From Porticoccus sp. (GTDB lineage: Bacteria > Pseudomonadota > Gammaproteobacteria > Pseudomonadales > Porticoccaceae), in NCBI GenBank assembly GCA_036960905.1, contig JBALWM010000004.1, positions 1 to 33,310 of the forward strand: a stretch of 33,310 nucleotides of DNA. The letters run 5' to 3'. The first letter of the stretch is position 1; every line of letters begins with the position of its first letter. A program made the position numbers and the translations under genes. The notes beneath the pieces were generated by a model. It saw only the letters and a program-made list of their open reading frames with translations, had not been told where the DNA came from and ran no database searches. Below are positions 21,550 through 31,735 of the stretch, piece after piece.

Positions 21550-22854
21550 CTAATCTGTCGCTGTTTTTCTTAGCAAAGCATAGTAAAAGCCATCATGCCC
21601 GTTAATCTGGGGTAAAAGTTGTCGCCCTACGGGTGTTTCAACGCCTGCCGTAATGGCAACCTTTTCCACAGAAGCATTGTTGATAGACCGGATAAATTCC
21701 AGTATCACCTGATCATTCTCCTGTGGGAGGGTCGAGCAGGTGGCGTAGAGTAAAACCCCTCCGCTCTCCAGTAATGGCCAAAGAGCTTTCAAAAGAGTCA
21801 GTTGCAATTCTGCAAGCTTAGCAACATCTGCCGGCTTGCGCAGTAGTTTCACATCCGGGTGACGACGGATGACACCCGTAGCTGAACAGGGGGCATCCAG
21901 CAGGATGCGGTCGAAGGGTTTGTTATCCCACCAGGCCTTTGTATCGGCAGCATCAGCGGCAATTAATTCTGCTTGCAGACCCAGTCGTTCAAGGTTTTCT
22001 TCGACTCGCTCTAATCGGTTTGGCGCGAGGTCCAATGCGACCACTTCACCGGTGTTATCGAGCAACTCTAGAATATGACAAGTTTTACCGCCGGGCGCAC
22101 AGCAGGCATCCAGTACCCGCTGTCCAGATTCTAAATCCAATAACTGGGCTGAGAGTTGAGCGGCTTCATCCTGCACACTGACATCACCCGTAGAAAACCC
22201 GGGCAATGTTAATACATCCCTTGGACTTTGAAGCGTGATGCCGTCATGACTAAATGGTGTAGCTGAAGCGTCGATACCAGCAGTTTTAAGCTGTTCGAGG
22301 TATTGCTCTTGGCTGAGATGACGCCTGTTTACCCTCAGAGTCATGGGCGGCTGAGTGTTGTTTGCGAGAATAATGTCATCCAGTTGGTCGGGCCAAGCTT
22401 CACTCCAAAGAGAAATCAGCCAGTCCGGGTGCGCGGTGTTGAATGTGGGGTTATCTTTTAATGTTTCATCAAGTTCGGCTCGCTCGCGAAGAAAACGGCG
22501 TAGTACAGCGTTAACTAACCCCTTGGCCCAGATTTTTTTGAGTGCTTTACAGGTGGCAACAGCTTCATTGACTGCGGCATGAGGGGGGACACGAGTTTCC
22601 AGTAGTTGATATAGAGAACACGCAAGTACAGCTTCTAGATCCTGGTCTTTTGCTTTGAAGGGCTTGGCAAGCAGTAGATTCAGGTAGGCAGCGATTCTTG
22701 GATAGTAGCGTAGCGTGCCATAGCAGAGTTGTTGTAGCAGCCCCCTGTCTCGCTCTTCAACCTTGGAGGCATACTGTGGCAATAACGTGCTCAGTGAGCC
22801 TTCATCTTGTAATACGCTGGCGATAACTTTTGCGGCGGCTACACGAACAATCAC
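21550..22854 (-). CDS. rsmB: 16S rRNA m5C967 methyltransferase
   Basis: NusB-like N-terminus, [31 protein letters not shown]; GTG start overlaps the fmt stop. Confidence 0.97.
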   Translation of the reverse strand: MIVRVAAAKVIASVLQDEGSLSTLLPQYASKVEERDRGLLQQLCYGTLRYYPRIAAYLNLLLAKPFKAKDQDLEAVLACSLYQLLETRVPPHAAVNEAVATCKALKKIWAKGLVNAVLRRFLRERAELDETLKDNPTFNTAHPDWLISLWSEAWPDQLDDIILANNTQPPMTLRVNRRHLSQEQYLEQLKTAGIDASATPFSHDGITLQSPRDVLTLPGFSTGDVSVQDEAAQLSAQLLDLESGQRVLDACCAPGGKTCHILELLDNTGEVVALDLAPNRLERVEENLERLGLQAELIAADAADTKAWWDNKPFDRILLDAPCSATGVIRRHPDVKLLRKPADVAKLAELQLTLLKALWPLLESGGVLLYATCSTLPQENDQVILEFIRSINNASVEKVAITAGVETPVGRQLLPQINGHDGFYYALLRKTATD

Positions 22855-23810
22855 TGGCCAAGCACCGTGCCGGGGGTAAAGAGCTCAGCGCGTGATTTGA
22901 GCAGTTCAGCCACCGGTAGTCGTTTTTTGCCCGGTAGTTGAAGCTCGGTAATTAATAGACTACCTTTCCCGGTGTTAACCTGAATGCCACGATTGTTTGC
23001 TTCGATGATGGTGCCGGGATCAGCTTTTGTACCGTCCATATTCCATTCGGCCTGCCAAAGGCGTATACGCTCAGTTTTTTCACCATCCTTAATGCCAAGG
23101 GTGGTGTAGGTCACGGGGAATGGATTAAATGCTCGGACTTTACGGGCGATAATCTTGGCAGATTGGCTCCAGTCCACCAGCGCTTCATCCTTGCTTATTT
23201 TGGGGGCATAGTTACTCAGTTCATCGTCTTGCTTTTCAGCGACAGCAGAGCTTTCTTTCAATTCCAGTAGCGTTTTTAGCAGTGCTGGCGGGCCAATGGA
23301 TGCGAGTTTGTCGTGAAGTGAGCCACCAGTATCCAGTTCTGTAATCGGGCAGTGAGCTTTGAGTAGCATATCGCCAGTATCCAGCCCTATGTCCATTTGC
23401 ATAATGGTGACGCCGGTTTCTTTATCGCCAGCCTCTATCGCGCGTTGAATAGGAGCGGCACCACGCCAACGTGGTAACAGTGAAGCATGTACATTGATAC
23501 AACCAAGGTGCGGTGTGTCTAGGATAGCTTTGGGTAATAGTAGGCCATAGGCTACCACCACCATAATATCGGCATTCAGATCCCTAAGAATTGTCTGCTG
23601 CTCGGCTTCTTTCAGGCTAACGGGTTGATTGACTGTTAATCCATGAGCTTGAGCCAGGACCTTGACTGGGCTGGGGGTCAGTTTTTTCCCGCGCCCGGCA
23701 GGGCGATCTGGTTGGGTATAAACAGCGACTATTTTATGATGACCATCATCCAGCAGAGCTTGCAGGTGATGGGCAGCGAACTCGGGAGTGCCAGCAAAAA
23801 CGATGTGCAA
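22851..23810 (-). CDS. fmt: Methionyl-tRNA formyltransferase
   Basis: [36 protein letters not shown]. Confidence 0.98.
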   Translation of the reverse strand: MHIVFAGTPEFAAHHLQALLDDGHHKIVAVYTQPDRPAGRGKKLTPSPVKVLAQAHGLTVNQPVSLKEAEQQTILRDLNADIMVVVAYGLLLPKAILDTPHLGCINVHASLLPRWRGAAPIQRAIEAGDKETGVTIMQMDIGLDTGDMLLKAHCPITELDTGGSLHDKLASIGPPALLKTLLELKESSAVAEKQDDELSNYAPKISKDEALVDWSQSAKIIARKVRAFNPFPVTYTTLGIKDGEKTERIRLWQAEWNMDGTKADPGTIIEANNRGIQVNTGKGSLLITELQLPGKKRLPVAELLKSRAELFTPGTVLGQ

Positions 23811-23840
23811 TGTGGTATTCCTTACTAGTTTTAACAGGCT

Positions 23841-24356
23841 CTAAGCAGGCTCATCTTGACGGCGGTGAAGTTTTTCCAGCTTTTTCTTGATGCGACTTCG
23901 CTTGAACGCGGAAAGATAGTCTACAAATAGTTTGCCATCGAGGTGGTCAATTTCATGTTGGATACAAACGGCCATCAAATCTTCCGGCACTAATTCGAAA
24001 GGTGTTCCTTCCCTATCTAATGCTTTGAGACGAATATGCGCTGGGCGTTCTACCGTTTCATAGAAGCCGGGAACGGATAAACAGCCCTCCTGATTAGGAC
24101 AGGTTTCACTGTCGAGCACTTCAATTTCAGGGTTGATCAGGACCAAAGGCTCGCTGGCATCTTCAGATAAGTCCATGATGACAATACGCAGGTGTACATT
24201 TATTTGGGTGGCCGCTAGTCCAATACCTGGTGCGTGGTACATGGTTTCCAGCATGTCATCCAGTAGGACGCGTATGCGGTCATCCACCTCAGCAACTGGT
24301 TTTGCTACTGTGCGAAGGCGAGGGTCAGGGAATTCAAGTATATTTAGTATTGCCAT
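23841..24356 (-). CDS. def: Peptide deformylase
   Basis: [22 protein letters not shown]; start moved to ATG 24356 ([14 protein letters not shown]). Confidence 0.98.
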   Translation of the reverse strand: MAILNILEFPDPRLRTVAKPVAEVDDRIRVLLDDMLETMYHAPGIGLAATQINVHLRIVIMDLSEDASEPLVLINPEIEVLDSETCPNQEGCLSVPGFYETVERPAHIRLKALDREGTPFELVPEDLMAVCIQHEIDHLDGKLFVDYLSAFKRSRIKKKLEKLHRRQDEPA

Positions 24357-24491
24357 TTGTTTGTGACGAGCTTCTAGCAATCTGGCGTGAACCACTGCTA
24401 ACATAGTGCTAATGATGAGGTTTTAGACAATAATGCCTTGGGGTGAGAAGTATACACTCAATCGGGATATAGCATACAGGACGGCCAAAAA

Positions 24492-25508
24492 ATGAAAAAA
24501 ACATTGCTGGGAATAGTAGCTGCTTGCACTTTTGCGGTTATAGCCATCGCGGCAGAAGCACCCTTTAATGATGATGTCCCTGATAAATATACTGTTAAAA
24601 AGGGAGACACCCTTTGGGACATTTCTGAGCTTTATCTGAGGGATCCTTGGCTCTGGCCAGAAATCTGGTATGTGAATCCACAAATTCGCAACCCGCACCT
24701 AATTTACCCTGGAGATATTATCTCGTTGGTTTATATCGATGGCCGCCCCCGTTTGACACTTGAGCGTGGTCGGGATGTGAAGCTATCGCCGGGTGTTAAG
24801 GTCTTGCCCCACGCGGAAGCAATACCAGCACTACCACTGGACATCATCAATAGTTTCTTGTCTCGCAACCGTCTTGTTACTCAGGAGGAAATTGATGCCG
24901 CTCCCTATGTCGTTGCTGGCCATGAAAAGCGCTTACTTTCTGGGGTTAATGATACGTTCTATGCACGAGGCCAGTTTGATGAAACACCAGTATATGGTTT
25001 GTACCGAATTGGTAAGCCCTACGTGGACCCTGAGACTGAAGAGTTATTGGGTCTTAGAGCTCAGGACGTGGGCTCAGCTAAGCTGAAAACCGTAGATACT
25101 GATATTGGTACCTTATTGGCGACCAGAACAGAAGAAGAAATTCGGGTTGGTGAGCGCCTCTTGCCACATGAAGAAAGACGCTTGGAATCTACGTTCTATC
25201 CTAGTGCTCCCGAAGATACTGTTGAGGGTGTCATCATGGCGGTGGAAGGTGGTATCTCTCAGGTGGGTCACCTGGATGTTGTTGCCATTAATCGTGGTGA
25301 GCGAGAAGGGCTTGCCCCGGGCAATGTGCTTGCGATTTACAAGCAGGGAGAAACCGTGACAGATAAAGTTGCCAAGGAAAAGATCACATTACCCGATGAA
25401 CGTGGTGGTTTGCTGATGATTTTTCGGACGTTTGAGAAGATGAGCTACGGGTTGGTGCTTAGCGCTGACCGACCGCTTGCTGTCAATGATGTTGTAAAGA
25501 ACCCCTAA
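24492..25508 (+). CDS. tsaP: LysM peptidoglycan-binding protein, TsaP-like (type IV pilus secretin-associated)
   Basis: Signal peptide, LysM YTVKKGDTLWDIS..PWLWPEIW..NPHLIYPGD; conserved def/LysM/dprA synteny. Confidence 0.82.
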   Translation: MKKTLLGIVAACTFAVIAIAAEAPFNDDVPDKYTVKKGDTLWDISELYLRDPWLWPEIWYVNPQIRNPHLIYPGDIISLVYIDGRPRLTLERGRDVKLSPGVKVLPHAEAIPALPLDIINSFLSRNRLVTQEEIDAAPYVVAGHEKRLLSGVNDTFYARGQFDETPVYGLYRIGKPYVDPETEELLGLRAQDVGSAKLKTVDTDIGTLLATRTEEEIRVGERLLPHEERRLESTFYPSAPEDTVEGVIMAVEGGISQVGHLDVVAINRGEREGLAPGNVLAIYKQGETVTDKVAKEKITLPDERGGLLMIFRTFEKMSYGLVLSADRPLAVNDVVKNP

Positions 25509-25522
25509 CTGAATAGGGGTTG

Positions 25523-25551
25523 AAAACGCCGACAGCTGTCGGCGTTTTTTT
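25523..25551 (+). terminator. Intrinsic terminator after tsaP
   Basis: Perfect 26-bp palindrome AAAACGCCGACAGCTGTCGGCGTTTT ending in a T7 run. Confidence 0.85.
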
Positions 25552-25618
25552 ATGGGTGCACCTTCGTAAGGTGTACAGGGAGCAACAAAGAGTACAAAGG
25601 AACACAAGGAGTAATACC

Positions 25619-26713
25619 GTGGACAAGGAGTCCAAAGCGGCATTGATGCTGCATTTTCATCAAGGCTTATCAACGGCCGATATTAGCAAACTCTATCAAG
25701 TATTTGGCTCTCTGGATGTAGTTGTATCGTCAGGTTCAGAGCAATGGCCAGAGACGCTATCGAAAAGAGCCCAGCAAAGCCTTAACCACCTATTGCGAGA
25801 GAAAACGGGCTTGGAAGCTCGTGCCGAGGACACTTTAGGCTGGTGCCAAGCCAATGGGGTACATTGCCTGAGTATTGTGGATCCATTATTTCCGCCGTTA
25901 CTCAAAGAGATTGCCACACCTCCAATCTTGCTGTTTGTTCGAGGGGATATTGAGCTACTTTCTCTCCCTCAAATCGCTATCGTGGGCAGCCGTAACGCCT
26001 CCGCCTCAGGATTTAATATCGCCTCAGAGTTTGCCAGGGTGTTGGCAGGTAGTGGTTTTGCTATTACCAGCGGCATGGCGTTGGGCATTGATGGTGCGGC
26101 TCACATCGGTGCGCTTAAAATGGGTAAAACTGTTGCAGTACTTGGCACCGGGCTAGATGTGGTTTACCCAAGACAACATCATGAACTATATCAGCAGATT
26201 CTTGATAACAGCGGTGTCATTATCAGCGAATTTCTACCTGGCACACCTCCTCTTCCCGCTAATTTTCCCCGGCGAAACCGTGTCATCAGCGGCCTAAGTC
26301 TCGGTACTATGGTGGTAGAAGCGGCCATCAGGAGCGGCTCTTTAATTACGGCCAGATATGCTATGGAGCAGGGTCGAGAAGTCTTTGCTGTTCCTGGTTC
26401 TATTCATAATGTGCTGAGCAAAGGCAGTCATCATCTGCTAAAGCAGGGGGCAACTCTAGTGGAGTCAGCTCAGGACATTGTTGAGCAGTTAGGAGGGATG
26501 TTGGCCTATACGGAAATGGAGTTCAGCAAACAAAAGATTAATGGCGGCAAAAATGGGCCGCTCCTTGAAGCCTTGGGGTTCGACCCGGTAGATATTGATA
26601 CTTTGGTGGAAAGAACAGGGCTGCCAATTGCCACACTCAACCATCAGCTGATATTGCTAGAGCTCGAAGGGGCGGTTGAAAGTAGTAATGGCCGATATCA
26701 TCGGCTGATGTAA
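25619..26713 (+). CDS. dprA: DNA processing protein DprA (Smf)
   Basis: IAIVGSR, ITSGMALGIDG, FPRRNRVISG, VVEAAIRSGSLITA, C-terminal winged helix; start set at GTG 25619 after AAGGAG. Confidence 0.95.
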   Translation: MDKESKAALMLHFHQGLSTADISKLYQVFGSLDVVVSSGSEQWPETLSKRAQQSLNHLLREKTGLEARAEDTLGWCQANGVHCLSIVDPLFPPLLKEIATPPILLFVRGDIELLSLPQIAIVGSRNASASGFNIASEFARVLAGSGFAITSGMALGIDGAAHIGALKMGKTVAVLGTGLDVVYPRQHHELYQQILDNSGVIISEFLPGTPPLPANFPRRNRVISGLSLGTMVVEAAIRSGSLITARYAMEQGREVFAVPGSIHNVLSKGSHHLLKQGATLVESAQDIVEQLGGMLAYTEMEFSKQKINGGKNGPLLEALGFDPVDIDTLVERTGLPIATLNHQLILLELEGAVESSNGRYHRLM

Positions 26714-26773
26714 ATTATTGCTATAGATAGATTATTCGGGTAGCCTGCCCTGTTTTTCTGGGGGGACGAAACA

Positions 26774-27280
26774 ATGGGTAAACCCTTTATCGCGATATTA
26801 ATGGGCTCTGATTCAGACCTTCCTGTGATGGAAGCCAGTTTCGAGATTTTGAAGAAATTCGATGTGCCTTTTGAAGTAAAGGTTCTGTCAGCGCACCGTA
26901 CGCCTGAAGCGACGCATAGTTATGTTCAAGATGCTGATGCTCGGGGATGCGCAGCATTTATTTGTGCTGCCGGTATGGCGGCTCACTTGGCAGGCGCCGT
27001 TTCAGCCAACACGCTGAGACCTGTAATTGGTGTGCCGATCAATGCTTCTCTGGATGGCCTTGACGCATTACTTTCTACGGTTCAAATGCCTGGCGGAATT
27101 CCAGTGGCTACGGTAGCAATTGGAAAGGCTGGAGCAAAAAATGCGGCCTACCTGGCAACGCAAATTCTGGGTGTATCAGACCCCCAATTGCATCAGAGGC
27201 TACTGGATGAGCGTGCTGACAATGCTCGTATCATTCTTGAGAAAGATGCCGCTCTGCAAGAGAAGCTGAATAACGGCTGA
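26774..27280 (+). CDS. purE: PurE (N5-CAIR mutase / AIR carboxylase family)
   Basis: MGSDSD, SAHRTP, AAHLAG, PVIGVP, VQMPGGIPVATV. Confidence 0.96.
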   Translation: MGKPFIAILMGSDSDLPVMEASFEILKKFDVPFEVKVLSAHRTPEATHSYVQDADARGCAAFICAAGMAAHLAGAVSANTLRPVIGVPINASLDGLDALLSTVQMPGGIPVATVAIGKAGAKNAAYLATQILGVSDPQLHQRLLDERADNARIILEKDAALQEKLNNG

Positions 27281-27291
27281 ATATAACCGTT

Positions 27292-27864
27292 ATGAGCTAC
27301 CCTCACTATACTCATCAACATATTACCCAAGCCGCTGCTGTATTAAACAGCGGCGGCGTTGTAGCTTATCCCACGGAAGCTGTTTGGGGACTGGGTTGTG
27401 ACCCCTTTTGTGCAACAGCGGTTGAACGAATATTGGCGATGAAGCATCGAGGCCGAGGAATGGGCCTTATTCTTATCGCCGCATCTATTCATCAGTTTCA
27501 GCCCTTCTTGGCGGGTTTATTACCAAAATACAGGGACCAGTTAGACGCTAGCTGGCCGGGCGTTCAAACCTGGCTGGTTCCCAACAACTATGTAGCCCCC
27601 CCTTGGGTTACGGGTGGCCAGAATACACTGGCACTTCGGGTAACCGATCACCCTGTTGCTGCGGCGTTGTGTCATAAATTTGGTGGGCCGCTAGTGTCTA
27701 CATCAGCGAACCCTCATGGCTTGCCGCCCGCTAAAAGTGTTTTGAAAGTAAAGTTGTACTTTCGTGACAAACTTGATTATCTGGTGCCGGGGTTGTTGGG
27801 AAAAAGTAATAAGCCAACACCAATCAAGCATTTAATCACCGGCGAAACGATACGTTTAGGTTGA
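27292..27864 (+). CDS. tsaC: Threonylcarbamoyl-AMP synthase (YrdC/Sua5)
   Basis: VAYPTEAVWGLGCDP, K.R...GLILIAA, STSAN. Confidence 0.95.
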   Translation: MSYPHYTHQHITQAAAVLNSGGVVAYPTEAVWGLGCDPFCATAVERILAMKHRGRGMGLILIAASIHQFQPFLAGLLPKYRDQLDASWPGVQTWLVPNNYVAPPWVTGGQNTLALRVTDHPVAAALCHKFGGPLVSTSANPHGLPPAKSVLKVKLYFRDKLDYLVPGLLGKSNKPTPIKHLITGETIRLG

Positions 27865-27898
27865 TGTGTTCAGGTTAGTTTTATTCGTGAAGGCCTAA

Positions 27899-28825
<927 letters not shown>

Positions 28826-28883
28826 CTATTTTTAGAGGTGCCCTTTAGATAATGGCAAATATAGAGCGTTAACAGGCCCAGCT

Positions 28884-29705
28884 ATGACCGATACCTACGC
28901 CGTTTTTGGCAATCCCATAGAACACAGTCAATCCCCGGCTATCCACACAGCATTTGCTTCAGCAACAGGTGAAGATATCTGTTATCAAAAACAACGGGTT
29001 GATGTGGACGGATTTACTGAGGCGGCAGATGCCTTTTTTGCTGCGGGTGGTAAGGGGCTAAATATTACCGTGCCTTTTAAAGAGAGCGCCTATAGTTATG
29101 CCTCCAAGCTCACTGCCCGAGCTCGTCATGCTGGCGCCGTGAATACGCTGAGTTTGCAAGAAGATGGCACAGTGCTAGGTGATACCACCGATGGTATTGG
29201 CATGGTTCGAGACATGGTGGATAACCTGGGCTGGCAAATTAAGGGTAAGAAAGTTCTGGTGCTGGGGGCCGGAGGTGCTGTGCGAGGGGTTCTTGAACCA
29301 CTGCTTGAGCTGTTACCTCAGCATGTAGTGATTGCCAACCGAACCATAGATAAGGCTCTGCAGTTATCGAAAGGTTTTGCAGATATGGGTTACCTGCTAG
29401 GTTGTGGTTTTGATATGTTGCCCGGGCAACAATTTGATTTGGTGATAAATGGCACGAGTGCCAGCTTGTCCGGAGACCTCCCCCCCTTGCCTGATGAGCT
29501 TTTGGCGGATAATGCGAATTGCTATGACATGATGTATGGTGCGGAACCAACGGTATTTATGACATGGGCCAAACGGCATGGAGCCGGTGGTGTTGTCGAT
29601 GGTTTGGGTATGTTGGTTGAGCAGGCTGCAGAGGCTTTTTATATTTGGCGCGGGATCAAGCCGGAAACCAAAGCAGTGATTACTGATCTTAGAAGTAATC
29701 TTTAA
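28884..29705 (+). CDS. aroE: Shikimate dehydrogenase
   Basis: GNPIEHSQSP.IH, NITVPFK, GAGGA, DGLGMLVEQAA. Confidence 0.98.
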   Translation: MTDTYAVFGNPIEHSQSPAIHTAFASATGEDICYQKQRVDVDGFTEAADAFFAAGGKGLNITVPFKESAYSYASKLTARARHAGAVNTLSLQEDGTVLGDTTDGIGMVRDMVDNLGWQIKGKKVLVLGAGGAVRGVLEPLLELLPQHVVIANRTIDKALQLSKGFADMGYLLGCGFDMLPGQQFDLVINGTSASLSGDLPPLPDELLADNANCYDMMYGAEPTVFMTWAKRHGAGGVVDGLGMLVEQAAEAFYIWRGIKPETKAVITDLRSNL

Positions 29706-29723
29706 TTTATGAGGGTAAAGCAC

Positions 29724-30047
29724 ATGAAAAAATTGTTCGGAAAACTTGTTGTGCTTATTGGGTTAACTTTATGGGTTGGCCCACCGTTGTTTGCTGCGGA
29801 AGTATTGTGGATCGATGTTCGATCGGCATCTGAGTACGATTCAGGGCATTTGCCACAGGCCATAAATATCCCCCACATAGACATTGCAGAGCGAATCATT
29901 GAGTTTGCCCCGGATAAAAAGACCGCTATTAAGCTTTACTGTGGTAGTGGTCGTCGGGCGGGCATTGCCCAGTGGGAGCTGGAAGGCATGGGGTATTTTA
30001 ATACCAGCAATGAAGGTGGCTACAAGGATTTGGCCGAGAATCAATAG
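29724..30047 (+). CDS. pspE: Periplasmic single-domain rhodanese (PspE-like)
   Basis: Signal peptide MKKLFGK..., WIDVRS..EY..GH, active site LYCGSGRRA, NEGGY; start may be 29709. Confidence 0.82.
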   Translation: MKKLFGKLVVLIGLTLWVGPPLFAAEVLWIDVRSASEYDSGHLPQAINIPHIDIAERIIEFAPDKKTAIKLYCGSGRRAGIAQWELEGMGYFNTSNEGGYKDLAENQ

Positions 30048-30080
30048 CCTTCGTGCAAAGCTCTCAGCTTCTGGCCCCAA

Positions 30081-30647
30081 TCATTCCACCGCATTGCGCC
30101 AATCACCCGCTTGCTCGGCCAAATATTGGTCTTTTAGTTTTACGTAGTTTTGTGGTGAATAGGTAAAGAATTTTCGTTCGGCATCTGAGGCAGTACGTAA
30201 TAACCGACAGGGATTGCCCACGTAAAGGTTGCCGCTTTCCAGTCGCTTTCCGGGGGGGACCACCGTTCCTGCGCCAATAATTACTTCATCTTCCACCACG
30301 GCACCATCATTAACAATTGCGCCATTCCCAACCAGAATCCGGTTACCTAAAGTACACCCGTGTAAAATGGCGCCATGACCAATAATAACGTCATTACCAA
30401 TGGTCAGAGGCCAACCGCCCGGATTAAAGTCACTGGCGTGGGTGATGTGTAGTACGGCTCTGTCCTGTACGTTGGAGCGGTTGCCCACAGAAATGCTGTG
30501 CATATCGCCCCGGATGACAGCGCCAGGCCATACAGAGACATCATCACCTAGGGTAACATTGCCAATCACGGTGGCTGAGGGGTCAATATAAACCTTGTTT
30601 CCCAGAGTTGGAGTGATGCCTTTGTGAGATCTAATATTGTCGGTCAT
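30081..30647 (-). CDS. yrdA: Gamma carbonic anhydrase family protein (YrdA)
   Basis: Hexapeptide repeats, IRGD, NVQD..VLH, GH.AILHGC metal ligands. Confidence 0.93.
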   Translation of the reverse strand: MTDNIRSHKGITPTLGNKVYIDPSATVIGNVTLGDDVSVWPGAVIRGDMHSISVGNRSNVQDRAVLHITHASDFNPGGWPLTIGNDVIIGHGAILHGCTLGNRILVGNGAIVNDGAVVEDEVIIGAGTVVPPGKRLESGNLYVGNPCRLLRTASDAERKFFTYSPQNYVKLKDQYLAEQAGDWRNAVE

Positions 30648-30765
30648 GATACTGTTCCGTGATCAGTGATACTTAACGTTATAATAGCCATACCTCCAGA
30701 AGCCTCAAGTGATTTTATTGCTTTAATCACATGGAATAAATGTTATTCAAATTAGAAGATCATGT

Positions 30766-31011
30766 ATGTTTAAAGCCAAAAAACGTTTTATTGCCGGTGC
30801 GGTCTGCCCAAGATGCAGTGAAATGGATAAATTGACGGTGTTCAGTGAAGACGACAAGGACTTCCGTGAATGTGTGGGCTGTGGTTTTAAGGAGCAGATG
30901 TTCCTACAAAGTGAACCTAAAGAGTTGGAAACGAGGGTGAATCTTACGGAGGAAGAAAAGCGGGCTGAAACAAAACCGGTTAGGCTGATTGATCCGGGCA
31001 ACTCAAACTAG
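30766..31011 (+). CDS. yheV: YheV family zinc-ribbon protein
   Basis: KKRFIAGAVCPRC..MD...RECVGCG. Confidence 0.9.
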   Translation: MFKAKKRFIAGAVCPRCSEMDKLTVFSEDDKDFRECVGCGFKEQMFLQSEPKELETRVNLTEEEKRAETKPVRLIDPGNSN

Positions 31012-31664
31012 TGAATCATGATACGGACAGTCTGTCCGTTCAGTAGTAAATTAACTGAGAGGTTATCAACCAGGCATGGCCACCGTTGCAGGTCGTTTGC
31101 CCAGCGGTGGCTTCTATCTTCCTTACAAGCATCCGGGACAAATACCAGGTCATGGCTCTGCAGGTTATCCGTAATCAGATGTACTGCCTGATCCAGCCGG
31201 TTGGCAAAAGGTTCTCCGATCAGGTGGTGAATAATGAGGTTTGAGCGAGTCATATCCATTGGTACCAAGGGTGTGTTATAGCAGGACATGAAGCGATCAT
31301 TGACCTCCTCAATCAGCCGGTGAGCCAGATAGGATTCATCCATCAAAGCATTTAGTCCTTCATGTCCTTCAATCAACTTGGGGGGTTGGATAAAGAACTC
31401 CTTCGCAATCGACATGACGGGCTCGGTATAGTCCGTTATGTCACATTCATCGGCGATAGTATCGACAGCATCGATGAACTCAGGAACCTGTTCGATGTAA
31501 TGAATAATGAAGTTGAGCAATGCAGGAACAATGTTTTGTGAGGGAAGCTGAACGGAATGGTGAAGACTGCGGGCTCTAACCTTTAGTAGCCGGGCTAACA
31601 GGCTTGTGGCGTTCTCGTGAGCTCTAGCTGCGGCGATGGCTTGGCGAAGGTTTACAGTATCCAT
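31008..31664 (-). CDS. Conserved hypothetical protein
   Basis: 218-aa ORF; the motifs YLAHRLIEEVND and NLIIHHLIGEPFANRLD resemble an uncharacterised gammaproteobacterial family. Confidence 0.78.
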   Translation of the reverse strand: MDTVNLRQAIAAARAHENATSLLARLLKVRARSLHHSVQLPSQNIVPALLNFIIHYIEQVPEFIDAVDTIADECDITDYTEPVMSIAKEFFIQPPKLIEGHEGLNALMDESYLAHRLIEEVNDRFMSCYNTPLVPMDMTRSNLIIHHLIGEPFANRLDQAVHLITDNLQSHDLVFVPDACKEDRSHRWANDLQRWPCLVDNLSVNLLLNGQTVRIMIH

Positions 31665-31735
31665 ATACCAAAGCTAGTAGAGGGGAGCGAAAAGGCAAAG
31701 AACATCTTTGCATAAGAAGGTCGTGTTTGCGGTTG

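Noticed and set aside
25520-25618. N-terminal extension of DprA
   Set aside because: Runs through the terminator and hairpins; GTG 25619 has a strong AAGGAG RBS
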